Source: Scenedesmus sp. PABB004 (taxonomy: Eukaryota). Taken from it: DNA of 64,000 bases. The stretch is taken from NCBI GenBank assembly GCA_014905635.1, contig JABVCE010000024.1, positions 248,001 to 312,000 of the forward strand, in the 5' to 3' direction. Under the pieces are notes generated by a model. It made no database searches and was not told the origin of the DNA. It saw nothing but the letters and a program-made list of their open reading frames with translations. Positions 35,646 to 47,872 of this stretch are shown piece after piece (position 1 is the stretch's first letter; each line of letters opens with the position of its first letter). The position numbers and the translations under genes were made by a program.

Positions 35646-38488
35646 ATGCGAGCGTGGAACGGCGCCGCCCTGGCGGCGGCGGCGTGCCTGCTGCTGATGG
35701 CGGCGAGCGCGTCCGCGGCGGGCCGCGGCGGGCTGTGGCAGCAGGTGCGCCTGCCGCGCCGCGCTCGCAGGGGGCCAGCAGCGGCGGCGGCAGCCGGCCG
35801 CGCCTGGAGCCGCCGCGTCGCGCTCGCCGCCCACCGCCGCCGCGCCGCCGCGCCCACAGGGCGCGGCGCAGCAGCTGGCGCACGCCGCGCGGCGGCTACA
35901 GCAGGCGAGCCCCGCACCAAAGGCGGCCGGCGGCGCGCCGCCAGGGTCGCCGGCGCCGGGTGAGGAGGATTATCCATACGAGGAGGAGGACGCGGCCGCC
36001 GGCGGCAAGCCGGCAGCGGCCGGCGCGCCCCCCGCGGCCGGCGCGCCCCCCGCGGCCAGCGCGCCCCCCGCTGCGGCGACGCCGTCGCCGCCCGCGGCAG
36101 CCACCACACCGCCGCCGCCTGCTGCGACTCCGCCCGCGGTGGCCACGCCGCCGCCGCCTGCGGCCACGCCCCCCGCGGCGGCCACGCCGCCCCCGCCCGC
36201 GGCGACGCCGCCCGCGGCGGCGCCGCCGGACGAGCCGGAGGAGCCGGAGCCAGCGACGACGCCGCCGGTGGTGCCCCCGGCGACCCCGCCGACGACGCCC
36301 CCGGTCACGGCCGTCACGCCGCCGGCCGTCACGACGCCGGCCGTCACCACCCCGCCCGCCACGCTGCCGCCGCCTGCGGTGAGCGTGACGCCGCCCGCGG
36401 GGCCCCCGCTGCCGGTGAATGGCATCAGCGTGACCACGCCCGGCGGCATCACCACGGCCGCCCCCGCCGCCAACGGCACGGCGGGCGGCGCCAACGGCAC
36501 GGCGGGCGCAGCCAACGGCACGGCGACGGCGACGACGACGACGTCCGAGGCGGCAAACCGCGGGAAGGTGCCGCTGTGCGGCAAGTCTGCAGGTGCGCGG
36601 CCCGCTCCCGGGCGCACGACGACGGGGCGGCGCCCCCGCTCGCCCGCCGCCGGCGCGCTGCGCGCCCGCCGCGTGCCCATGCACCGTCAGCGCCCCGTGC
36701 CCTCACGCCGCCGGCGCCGGCTGCACGCGCCGCGCAGGCGGCGCGGTGTGCCCGCCCGGCTTCTGCTGCACCTCGCTGGACCTGTGCGGCGAGGCGCGCG
36801 TGGACCTGGCGTACTGCTCCCTGGGCTGCCAGCCGGCGTTCAGCAACGGCATGTGCCTGCCCACGGTGGTGCAGGGCGGCGCCGGCACGCCCGGCGGCGG
36901 ACTGGGCGACGCGGCGCCACGTGGCGCGCAGGGCACCGGCATGCAGGGCGGCGCGGGCGCGGGCCAGGCCGACGCCTGGAGCGGCGGCGCCGGCATGCAG
37001 GGCGGCGCGGGCGCCGGCCAGGGCCAGGCCGGCGCAGGCGCGGGCCAGGGCGGCGCCTGGAGCGGCGGCGCCGGCATGCAGGGCGGCGCGGGCGCCGGCC
37101 AGGGCCAGGCCGGCGCTGGCGCGGGCCAGGGCGGCGCCTGGAGCGGCAGCGCCGGCATGCAGGGCGGCGCGGGCGCCGGCCAGGGCCAGGCCGGCGCAGG
37201 CACGGGCCAGGGCGGCGCCTGGAGCGGCGGCGCCGGCATGCAGGGCGGCGCGGGCCAGGCCGGCGCGGGCGCAGGCCAGGCCGGCGCCTGGAACGGTGGC
37301 AGCGGCGCCGCTGCCGGCGCCGCTGCCGGCGGCGCTCGCGGAGCCGGCGCCGGCGCCGCTGGCTGGGCGAGCGGCGGCAAGGGCGGCGCGTGGACGAGCT
37401 CTGGGTATCAGACGGTCTACCAGCCGGTCAGCACGACGCGCTGGGTCGCGGCGCCGAGCAAGCCGACGTATGTGTCGACCGGGAAGGGCAAGGGCGGCTG
37501 GTCGTCCTCGTTGTCGCGGCCGGCGGTGAGCTACGTGCCTGCCACGACGGTGATGTATGTGCCCACCTGGAGCCGCGTGATGCCGTCATCGGGCGGCAAG
37601 GGCGCAGCTTGGACACCAAACACCACGCCGCGCGCGACAGCGGTTGCGGACGGCGCCGGCTGGGGCCGCTCCGATGTCGTGGTGGTGGGCGACGACGACG
37701 ACGACGACGACGGCGGCTGGTACGTCGTTCCGGGCCCCGCACGGGCGGGCGCCAGCGCGGGCGCCGGCGCCGGCGGCAGCGCGGGCGCCGGCGCCGGCGG
37801 CAGCGCGGGCGCCGGCAGCATGCCCCGCGGCGGCGCAGGCGGCGTGGCCGGCAGCGCTGCCGGCGGCGCCGGCGGAATGGCAGCGCCCAGCGCTGCCGGC
37901 GCGGCCGGCATGTCAGGCGGCGCTGCTGGCGGTGCCGCCGGCGGAATGGGCGCTGCTGGCGCCGGCAGCGCCGCGATGGCTGGTGCGGGCGGCGGCCTGG
38001 CGGGCGCTGGTGGCGTGGCTAGCGCTGGCGGCAGCCTGGCGGGTGCTGGAAGTGCCAGCGTTGGTGCGGGAGGCCTGGCGGGCGCTGGCGCCGTGGCTGG
38101 CGGCGTCCCCGGGGCCGGCGCGACAGTTGGTGTTCAAGCGCTGGGCGTCGGCGTGGGCGTGGCCGTGCCGCCCGCCGCGGGCAACGCTGGCCTCGCCGGC
38201 GGCGCGACAGTTGGCGTGCAGGCGCCAGGTGTGGGCGTCGGCGTGGCTGTGCCGGCCGGCGGCGCGGACACCAGCACGACGGTCAACTCCAGCGGCGGCG
38301 CGACGGTCGTCAGCCCGGTGGCTGGCGGCGCGTCAACAACGACCACCAATGGCGACGTTGCTGCGGTCACGCAGGGCGCAGGCGGCGGCATCGCTGCTGC
38401 GGGCGGAAGCGGCGACAGCGTGACGACCTCCACGCAGGTCAACCCCGACGGCAGCACCAGCTCCAGCTCGGTCGCGGTGTCCGGCTGA
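35646..38488 (+). CDS. Secreted Pro/Thr-rich, hevein (CBM18)-like, Gly/Ala/Gln-repeat protein; probable cell-wall or mucilage structural glycoprotein; 3 exons
   Basis: Signal peptide MRAWNGAALAAAACLLLMAASASA, then RRLQQ, EEDYPYEEED, TPP repeats and NGT sequons. An 8-Cys domain follows (CGKSA|GGAVCPPGFCCTSLDLCGEARVDLAYCSLGCQPAFSNGMC), then Gly-rich repeats. Confidence 0.8.
36941..37295 (+). repeat. 81-bp coding tandem repeat (AWSGGAGMQGGAGAGQGQAGAGAGQGG)
   Basis: Trp codons at 36977, 37058, 37139 and 37220 give a period of 81; a shortened unit follows at 37289. Confidence 0.9.
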
Positions 38489-38771
38489 GGGCGCCGAGTT
38501 GGGGGGCTGGGCGGCGCTGCGACCTGACCGGAGCGATGTCTGACTCTCTGAAGAGCTTTTGCGAGTGTTGACCCTCGATTGATTGCATACCGGAGGCACT
38601 GCACCACGTGCGCGCGCAGCGACCTGTGTCCTGTGACCGCGCCCCCCGCACTGTTGTTTGACGGGGAGGGACTGCGGCAGCGCGGCGCGGCCGGCGCGCG
38701 AAGGAGAGGCGGCGCGCGGCACCAGGCTGTTGCAATTCGCTCGCCCCACACCTCCCGCCGCACCGCCGCGG

Positions 38772-40125
38772 TCACAGCAGGGCCCGCTCTGGCTCGGGCA
38801 GCGCCCTCACGACGCAGCCGTGCATGCCCGCGCCCCCGATCGCCGCTGCGAGCGCGGCCTCGGCCTGCCGCGCCTCGGCGCCACTCCCCAGCCACAACGC
38901 GAGCTCGCGCAGCTCCGGCAGCGGCAGCGCGTCGACCAGCGCAGCGCGCAGCTCCGGCGGCGCCTGCGTGAGCGTGTCATCCGACGCCATCACGCTGAGG
39001 CGCCGCAGGCGCGTCATGCACGCCAGCGCGGCGGCCGCGGGGCCGCCGAGCAGCGCCGGCGCCGCCCCAAGAAGCTGGAGCGACGTCAGCCGCGGCAGCA
39101 ACGACAGCTCGACCAGCAGCCGCGCGCCGACGGCGCTGCCGCGCGTGTTGACCGAGACGTGCTCCAGCTGGCGCGCGCTGCCGACCGCCTCCGCGTGCTC
39201 CGCCCGCAGCGCGGCCCGGAAGTCGAGGTGGAGCCGGCGGAGCGAGAGCGGCTCCAGGGCGGGCGCGAGGCCGTGCAGCAGCTTCGCCTGCCCCGTGCCC
39301 GGGCGCAGGCTCAGCGCGGCGAGGCCGCCAGGCAGCGCGCCCAGCCCTGCGAGGCCGTGGGGCGCGGAGAAGCCCGAGAGGCGCAGCGACTCGAGGCCCG
39401 GCCACTGCGCCGCCAGCGCGGCGAGCAGGTCCGGGCCGATCGTGAGGCGGTGGTCCGCCGACAGCTCCAGCGCCTTTAGCCGCAGCTGCGACAGCGCCTT
39501 GAGCTGCTCGCTCGAGCGCCCCGCCGACAGGCCGCCCTTGCTCAGCGACAGCGCCAGCTGCGTGACGCGGCCCAGCGCTGCGAGGTGCGGCAGCTGGTCC
39601 GCCGCGACGGCGCCGCGCGCGTTGGCCGCCGCGTCGCGGCAGCCGAGCAGCCGCAGCTCGCGCAGCGACGCGCCGCATGCCGGTCCGAGGGCCTGGAGCG
39701 CCGCCTCGGCCACGCGCCGCATGAGGCCCGTGGCGGCGAGGCTGTGGAGCTCCGGCAGCGGCGCGCGCGGCAGCGCGGGCGAGGCGAGCTGGTGCGTCGA
39801 CAGGCGCGTGAGGCGCGCGAGGCGGCTGAGGCCGTCGCAGCTCAGCGCGGGGCGCTGGTCCTTGAAGATGCCTGCCGGCGGCCGGGCAGGTGGCGGGGGT
39901 GTCGGCGCAGGCTGGCCCGGGGGGTCCCAGTCCCTGATGGGGCCGCCCGCGGGCGCCCGGGGGAGGCCCCGCACCTTGGTACGAGACGTCCAGAGCGCGC
40001 AGGCCGGTGAGCTCAAGTAGCGCGTCAAGGGGCTGCCGGCTGCCGCCACACTGGTAAACGCTCAGCGCCAGCGCCGTCAGCTGCGTGCCCGCCGCCAGCG
40101 CCAACAGGTGCGACGGCTGTGGAGG

Positions 40126-40170
<45 letters not shown>

Positions 40171-40171
40171 C

Positions 40172-40221
<50 letters not shown>

Positions 40222-41533
40222 CGTCAGGCGGCGCCCGCGTCCGCGGAAGGGCGCGCAGGCGACGGGGCCCGCGCCGCGGGGCACACGCCGAGGGCCGCCC
40301 GCCGCCACGCGCCGCACCTGCAGGCTCTGGCTGTTGATGCCGGCGCGGATCGTCAGCTCGCGCAGCCCGGGGGCCAGCGCGAGGGACTCGAGCTCGCTCG
40401 GGTGCGGCAGCTCGACGCCGACCAGCCGGAGCGCCTGCAGGCGCGTGCCGAGGCTCGCCTGCTGCGCCTGCAGCGCCGCTGCGACCGGCCGCCACGTCAG
40501 CGCGCGCAGCCAGCCGCTGAACGTCAGCGCCTGCAGCCGCGGCAGCTGCGCCAGCAGGGCGACGCTCTCGGCCAGCGCGCGCTCGGCGTGCGTGCTCGCG
40601 CTGCCGCCGCCGATGCCGGCGCCGCTGCCGCGGCACAGCAGCGTGACCTCTTGCACGCAAGGGAAGCTGCCCGGCAGTGAGGCCAGCGCGTGGCGCCGCT
40701 GCCGCTGCGTCGGCTGCTCTGGCGCCTGCTGCTCTGGCGACTGCTGCTCCGCACCGTGCAGCTGCTCCGCGTCCTGCAGCTGCCATCCCGATTCCGCGCC
40801 CTGCTGCTGCTCGTCAGCGCCATCTCTGGGCGGGTCGCTCCCGTCAGCCACGGCTGCCGGCGCACCAACACCAGCAGCGGCGCCCTGCTGCTGCTCCGCC
40901 TCCCGCTCCAGCTGCTCCGGCGGCCCGTCGCCACCAGGCCCCGCCGCCGGCGCGCCGGCTGCCGCCGCGCCGGCGTCGGGCTTGGCGGCGCGCCTGCGCT
41001 TCGGCGCCTGCTGCTGCGCCTCGCGCGCCGCCGCCGCCTGCTTGCGCTGCTGCTGCTTGAGCCAGCGCTGCGCGGCGCGGGCCATGCCGGGCACGACCAC
41101 CGGCACAAAGTCTCCGTCCTCGCTGTCGACCGCCGCAGCCTCCGCGCCCTCGTCCTCGCCGTCTGCCGCCGCGTCGTCCGCGTCCAGGGTCGCCAGGCGC
41201 TTGCCGCGCCTGCCCGCCGCTGCGCTGCTGCCGCCGCCCGCCCACGCGTCGCTGGGGAGCGCAAGGTGCGTCTGCAGGGCGCCGACGGCGCGGCGCCAGT
41301 GCTGGCAGACGCCACGCGAGGTGAGCAGCGACCTGCGCGGCAGCGGCAGCAGGCCCTGCGCCGGAGCAGCGGGCGGTTGTCAGCAGCGTGAGTGGCGGCC
41401 GGCGGTTGCCGCGCCCCCACCGTCGCCGAGGCCCCTTCCACAGCACCTGCACCATGAGGTCGAGCACAGCGTCGCCGTCCAGCGAGCTGGGGGGGACGGT
41501 GGCGCACGGCGCGCCTTGCGCGGCGGCGGCCAT
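38772..41533 (-). CDS. F-box-like plus leucine-rich-repeat protein; multi-exon
   Basis: The N-terminus (LDGDAVLDLMVQVLWKGPRR|SLLTSRGVCQHWRRAV) resembles an F-box. LxxLxL units follow (LPRLQALTF, LRELTI, LTGLRALDV, LRELRLLGC, LESLRLSG, LPRLTSLQL, LPELRELAL). Confidence 0.72.
40129..40219. repeat. (GCGCGG)n hexamer repeat, intronic
   Basis: Direct reading. Confidence 0.9.
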
Positions 41534-43452
41534 CTCTCGCCGCCGCCGCCGCTCCGGCGACGCGTCTGCGGGCGCAGCTGCTGGCCGGTGCTGCAGCACG
41601 GAGGCGGCGGGAGGAAGAGAGCGGTCCTGGGGCGAGCGCCGCGGTTCGTGCCGGCAGCGCGCTGCCGCTGCCGCGCCTGCGGCTGCAGTACTCTGAGTCC
41701 TTGCGGTGCGGACTGACTGCGCTGTGGCGGGGTGGGGCTTGGGGAGCGATCGCCGTCACAAGCGACCGCTGGCCGTCACGACCGGCGGCGCGCGCGTGAC
41801 GCCCCTTGCGCGCCACACCCCGAGCCAAACACGCGCGTTCGGGCCGCCAGTGCGCAGTGCTGCTGCTGCCGTTGGATGATGATGACGGTGCAACTCCACG
41901 CGGGTTGGTGGGAGAGTGGCTCTGCGTGCGTTCTGACTGATCCGTGCGTGCGTACTGGACAGGTCCCCCCAGGCGAAAACCGACTCGTGGCGCAGAGAGC
42001 AGACCGGCAGCACGCGGGCGCAAGCGCTTGCGCCCGCTGCCGACCGACCGCAACAGCAGCGCCCCACGCCCAGTTCCTCTCTACGGCCGCCAGCCAGCCG
42101 GCGCCCAGCCGCCGCGCGCAGGTCGTCAGCGCGCAGCCGGCCGGCGGGGCGCCGCGCGTGCGCGCGGCGAGTAGCCGCCGCACGCACGCGGCGCGGCGGC
42201 GGCCGCTCTGCTCTCTGCAGCGGGTCCAGATCGGCAGCGGCAGCAAGGCAAAAGTGACAAGGGCAGCGGCGGTGTCATGCGTGCGTGCAGGCAAAGGGCG
42301 GGGCTCTGTGCTGGTGCTGGTGCTCGCCTGGCGCCTGCCAGGGGAGCCTTTTGATTGTCGGCGGGGGGATGTGCGCCCGAGCGCGCAGCTCCCCAAGCAT
42401 CACCCTCCCGGCCCTCCCGCCCGCTCGCGTGCATTCCTTGGGTGGTGTTGTTGTTGGTGGTGTCGCAGATGCGCAGGTACGCCGGCCGCCGGCTGCAAAG
42501 CCGGCGGCGAGAGAGACAGGGAAAGGGAGAGTGAGACAGAGACCAGGAAGAAGACCAGACAGGAGCCCGCGGCACAACCACAACCTGCGTGCGTGCCAGG
42601 TGCACCGACCCCCCGCGTTGTCTCACTAGCACAAACAAAGCAAAAGCAAAGGGTGCTGCTGTGCGTGGTGTGGTGCTGATCATCGTCGTCGTCATCAACC
42701 AACAGCGTGGCCCAGTCAGCTGCGCGCGCCGGCGCACAGCTGCGTGCGGCGCGCCGGCGCGCGAGGGGCAGTCCTGCGCTCTGCGGTCAGGCGGGAGAGG
42801 GGGTGCGCGCGCCGGCGCCGGCCGGCGCCGCCCCGGTCGCAGCACACGCGCCAGGGGCGGCGCACGGCGGCTGCCTGTCTTGCTTGCTTGCTTGGCTGGG
42901 CACACACGAGCACACCCTCCACGTGTGGCGCGCAGGGGCGCCGGGTGTGCCGCACAGATGCTTTGCCGCAGCGCCCGGGCCCCCGTTTGGCGCTCCCGCG
43001 CCGCTGCCGCCCCCAGCAGCACCGCAGGGGGCTGGCGCGCCCGCGTGGGAGCCGCCGCGGCGGCGGCGCGAGGGCCGCGTGCTTGACCGACTTAGTGAGG
43101 GACATCAGAAGCCCTGTTCTGCTGCCAGCAGCAGCCCGGCGCGCCGCGCCGCGCGACAGCGCGCGCCATTCAGCGATGCCGCCGCGGTACGCACAGCACC
43201 GCCAGGGTGCTGTCCCCCTGGTGGTGGCGGTGGTGTTGTGCTGTGGTGTTGTGCTGTGCGGAGACTCTGCTCCGCAGAGTGCTAGTACAGAGCTGCGTGG
43301 AGTGCAGAGCAGCAAAGCTGGGAGCAGGAAAAAGCGAGGCGTCGCACACAGAGCAGAGCAGAGCAGACGCACCGACCGCCCCATCTCTCGCCGCCCGTCC
43401 GCCGGCGGCCGACGCAGCGCGCGCGCGCGCGCGCGCGCGGCGCGCCGCCGCG

Positions 43453-45206
43453 TCACATGCCCAGCGGGCGCATGAAGCCGCCGCCGCCGCCGGCGCCCGG
43501 CTGCCGCTGCAGCCCCATATAGAGGCTGAGCTTGGCCATGTCCATGGGGGTCAGGGCGCTGGCCGGGTCAAACACGAACTGCCCCTGCGGCGTCTGGCTG
43601 AAGCCGAGCAGCTGCCCGCCGTAGCTGAGCAGCTGCCCGCCGGCGGGGCCGGGCGGCGCCTGCAGGCCTGGCAGCTGCACGCGCGGCGGCGGCGGCGGGT
43701 GCGCGCGGCGGGTTGGGCGGGGCGGGCGGGGCGTCGGCGCGCAGCGGGCGGCGGGCGCGGTGCGCGGCCCGCCTGCTCCGGCCGCCCCCCCCCCCCCCCC
43801 CCTCCTCAGAGGCAGCAGCGGCGCCCGCCCACCCGCCGCCGCACCTGGTACGCCTGATAGCCATACGCGCCGCCGCCGGCGCCGCCGCAGGCGGCGTCAA
43901 AGCCGCCGCTCGCCGCCACGACGGCGCCCGGGTCGGCCGTGATGTAGACCGCGCCGCCGCCGCCGGCGCCGCCGCCGGGCGCGAGCACGCCGCCCGGCGC
44001 CGCGAGGCAGGCGTAGCCGCCGGCGCCGCCCGCGTCGAGCCCCGGGCCCGCCGCCGCGCCGCCGGCGCCGAAGCCGCCGAGCGGGCGTGCGTGCAGCGCG
44101 GCGGCGCGCGACGTGCTGCGGCCCCACGAGATGCGGATCGCAGACGCGCCGACCATGGCGCCGTTCATCTCGGCCATGGCCGCCTTGGGTTCAGGGTGGG
44201 TGGTGCGTCAAAACGCGGCGGGCGGGGCGGGGCGCGGCGGCGGGTCAAACCACAGCCTGTGGTTCCGGCGCGAGCCGCGCGCCGGCGCCGCGTGCGCGGC
44301 GCGGCGCCGGCGCCGCCCCAGGCCGCCGCGCGCGGCCGCGCACCTCGGCGTCGGGCCGCGCCACGTACTGCACGAACCCGCAGCCCTTGCCCTGCGGTAT
44401 TTTGGTGTAGACGACGTCGCCGAAGCGGCCGAAGATCGCGCGCAGCTGCTCCTCGCTCACGCCGGCCGAGAGGCCGCCGATGAAGAGCGTGGTGTTGGTG
44501 GGGTCGAGCTCCGCGGGGTGCGTGCCCGGCATGCCCGCGCTCGGGCTGCGCCGCGCGGTCGCGAGGCTCACGCGGATGGGGCGCGCGCCGAGGCAGAAGC
44601 CCTGCATCTCGAGGCTGCGGTCGCGCTCCGCCTCGCTGCTGAAGCGGACGAAGCCGTAGCCCTTGGAGCGCCCAGTCGCGGGGTCGACGATGACCTGCGG
44701 CGGCCGCGGCGGCGGCGGTGCGCGGTGCGGCGTGGGCGGCGCGCGCGCGGGACGGCCACACGCGCCGGCGCGGCGCGCGCAGCTTCTGCCGTCCGAGCGG
44801 CAGCGTCCGCGCGCCGCATGAGCGCGCGCCGCGCCTTGGCGGAGCGGACGGAGGGGTAGAACTGCTGAAACGACTGCTGGAGCACGACGTCGGTCACGTC
44901 GGGCGCGAGGTCGCCGACGAAGACGCTAAAGTCTGCGTTTGGTGGGCGACAGCAGCGCGGAGCGTGAGCGCGGCCGCTCGTAATGCACGCCACACAGACA
45001 TCGCATGCACGCCGGCGCGGTCGCGCTGCGGTGCGCGTGCTGCAGGTGTCGCGGCGCGCGGGCTGGCGTGCGTGGCGCGCGCCCGGCGCCGCTCCGCGCC
45101 GGCTCGCACGCCCGACGCGCGGGGGCTGCCTGGACGGCAGCCGTGGCCGTGCGGGGCGCGCGTGCGCGCGCCTCTTACCGTCGGTGTTGGGCCGCACTAT
45201 GTCCAT
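43453..45206 (-). CDS. RBP45/RBP47-like (Nam8/TRNAU1AP family) RRM protein with two RRMs; multi-exon
   Basis: DFSVFVGDLAPDVTD..FYPSVRSAK|VIVDPATGRSKGYGFVRF, RPIRVSLAT, DPTNTTLFIGGL, KIPQGKGCGFVQY and IRISWGRS, followed by a Gly/Ala/Tyr-rich tail. Confidence 0.9.
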
Positions 45207-45946
45207 CGTCTCAGGGCACGCCGCCAGCGCGCGGAGCGGCCGCCCTCTCAGGCCACGTCGCCGCCGACAGGCCCCAGGGTGCCTCCCCCGGGCCGGGCTG
45301 ACCGCCGCCGCCCGCCCAGGGCGCGTGGGACTAGTCGGTAAGCGGGCCCGCGGCTTTCTCGCGCGCCCTCGCCCTGCCGCCTCGCGTTGCGCTGTCCGTC
45401 GGGCGTGCGCCGGCTCGCGGACGATCACTGCGGTCGCGGGGCGGGCGGCGGCGCCTCCCACGCCGCGCCGGCGCGACTGACGCGACCGCCGCGCCCGCAC
45501 GACTGCCGCGCTGGGAACGGCGCGCCCCGGCACCACCCACGCACCCACGGTCCAGCACCGAGAGGGCGCCCCGCGCAGGCGCGAGCGCAGGCCGGGGCCG
45601 GCCCCGACGCGCGTGGACACCGCGCCCCCACCACGACGCGGCCGCGCTGCAGGCGGGCTGACGCCGCCGTGGTTCGCGCGTGCGCCGCCGCCGCCGCCAA
45701 CCTGCTGCGCCGCGCTGATCTCAGCCCGCAGACCCGCGGCCAGCCCGGGTGCGACGCCGGCGCGTGCCGCCCAGCCGCGAGCGCACACAGCCTTGGCCGG
45801 GCCCAGGCTCAGCCGCGCGCGGCCAGCGCTTCCCCCGGCCCGCCTGGCCCCCCATCGCAGCAGGCGGGGCCCGGGAAGAGTGGGCGGCAGCTCAGGTCAC
45901 CTGGGGAGCGGGGCGTGAGGCGGGCGCCCTAGCGCGGCGCGGCAGC

Positions 45947-47398
45947 ATGGGCGGCGATGCTGCCGAGCACCACATCCTGGCCCGCGTCGATGGCGGGCGC
46001 GTGCACGCTACAGCGGTCACGATCGTGCCCGGCCTGACGCCCAGGATGGTGTGGGCGGTGCTCACGGAGCCTGGTGAGGAATTGGCGCGTGCGGCGCGCG
46101 CCGCTGCCGCTGGCTGGCCGCCGCCGGGCCCTCCGCCCGCCCGCCCGCCGCCGCCCGCTGACCCCTCGCTCGCTGCCCTCTCACCGCCGGGCCTGCCCGC
46201 CGCCGCCACCGCAGAGGGCGCCGACATCTTTCGCGTGGAGTCGCGGCAGCAGCTGGCGAACGACGGCGCCGGGCGCTGGCGCGAGACGGTCGTCTTCCTG
46301 GCCGCGGTGCGCGTGCTGTTCTGGAAGGCCTGGGCCAAGACGCGCGTGGAGCAGGCCGTCGACGCGAGCGACCCCGCGCGCGTGACGGTGGAGTTCAGGC
46401 TGCTGCGCTCGGGGCTCATGTCGGCGCTGGAGGGCAGCTGGGAGCTGCGCCAGCTCGGCGGCGGCGGCGCGCCGCCGGCGACGCGCGTCGAGTACCGCTT
46501 CGCGATGTGGCCCAAGGGTGCGCGCGGCCCCGGGGCCGTGGCGGGTTGCGTGCGGCGGGCGGCGGCGCGCGGCGTGCTTGCAGGACGGCGAGCGCCGCCC
46601 CGCGCCGCGCCGTGCCAGGCGTGCCGCCGGCGCTGCGGTTCATGCCGGGCCTGCTGGACGCGGTGACGGGCGCGGTGAGCCGCGAGGCGGCACAGCTGCT
46701 GGACAAGATTCAGTACGTCGCCGCCAAGGTGCGGCGCGCGGGGGCGGCGCCGCGCCGCGCGCAGCCGCGGCGCCCCAGCCCGGCGCAGCGCCCCCGCCGC
46801 CGCGCCCACCGCCGTGCCCACGCCGCCGCCGCCGCCGCCGCGACGGCGGGCGCAGGTGCGGCCGGGCGTGGGCGTGGCGCAGGCGGTGCGCGAGGCGGCG
46901 GGCGAGGTGTCGCGCAGCGGCGGCACGTTCAAGCTCCTGCAGCAGGCGCTGCTCCGGCAGCAGTCGGTGCAGTGCCACGCGCTGGCAGACGACGGCTACG
47001 CTGACGGGGAGCAGGAGGAGGAGGAGCTGGAGCAGGAGCAGGCGGCAGCGGGGAAGCAGACCTCCGACGTGGGCGCAGCAGCAGCAGCAGCTGCGGCGGA
47101 GCCCGCGGCGGCCGGCGGGGCGGCAGCAGCGGCTGCGGCCTCGGAGGCGGGCTCGGATGCGAGCGTGTACCACAGCGGCGCCAGCTCGCCGCCGTCCAGC
47201 GGCGCAGACAGCGACGACGCGGGCGGCAGCGAGGGCGACGTGCCGGGCCCGGCCGACCAGGCGCGGCGCGGGCGCGTGGACGCCGCGGTCATTGTCGAAG
47301 CCCCGGCGCCGGCGTGCGGGGCCGGCGGGGCGGCCGCGGCGGGCAAGCCGGCCGCGCCGGCGCGCCCGCTGGCGCCGGCGGCGCGCGGCGCGGCGTGA
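45947..47398 (+). CDS. SRPBCC/START-like (polyketide cyclase/dehydrase-type) domain protein with an acidic tail; multi-exon
   Basis: TPRMVWAVLTEP, VRVLFWK, VEFRLLRSGLMSALEGSWEL and TRVEYRF fit the helix-grip fold pattern. Confidence 0.72.
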
Positions 47399-47872
47399 CG
47401 GGGGCTGTGCGGGGGGCGACCCAGCCCCCCGCTGGCTGCGATGCACAGGGGTGATGGTTTTGGCGTTTTCTTTCGTTCGGTGGTGGTGGGGGCCCGCATC
47501 CGCCCGGGGGACAGCTCTGACAGCCCTCACACGCACCGCAGCCAACCGCATGGCTTGGACCTGCGCCCTCGGCACTGCTGCACCGCCCGCGTGACCGCCC
47601 TGTGACCCGCTGTGCTGAGTGCATTCTGCACTCGCCGCGGCGCCGGCGTGTGGGCTGCGACGCCCCGCCGTGCTGTGCGCGGCCGCCGCTGCACAGCTGC
47701 GTGATCGGCCCGCCGCGGCGCGGCCTGACGGCGTGGGGTTTGGGGTAAGCGCTGACCCGTGCCGGTGTCACCTGAGCGCAAGAGGCGCGCGGCGGCCGTT
47801 GCAACTGCTGTGCGCGCAACTCCAACGGCCACAACCCGACCGCTCGCGCAGCCCGCTCAGCCGCCCGCCCGC

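Noticed and set aside
41600..43450. Possible unannotated gene or transposon between the F-box and RRM genes
   Set aside because: I found no recognisable motifs, exon structure or terminal repeats. It is consistent with a long 3' UTR plus promoter.
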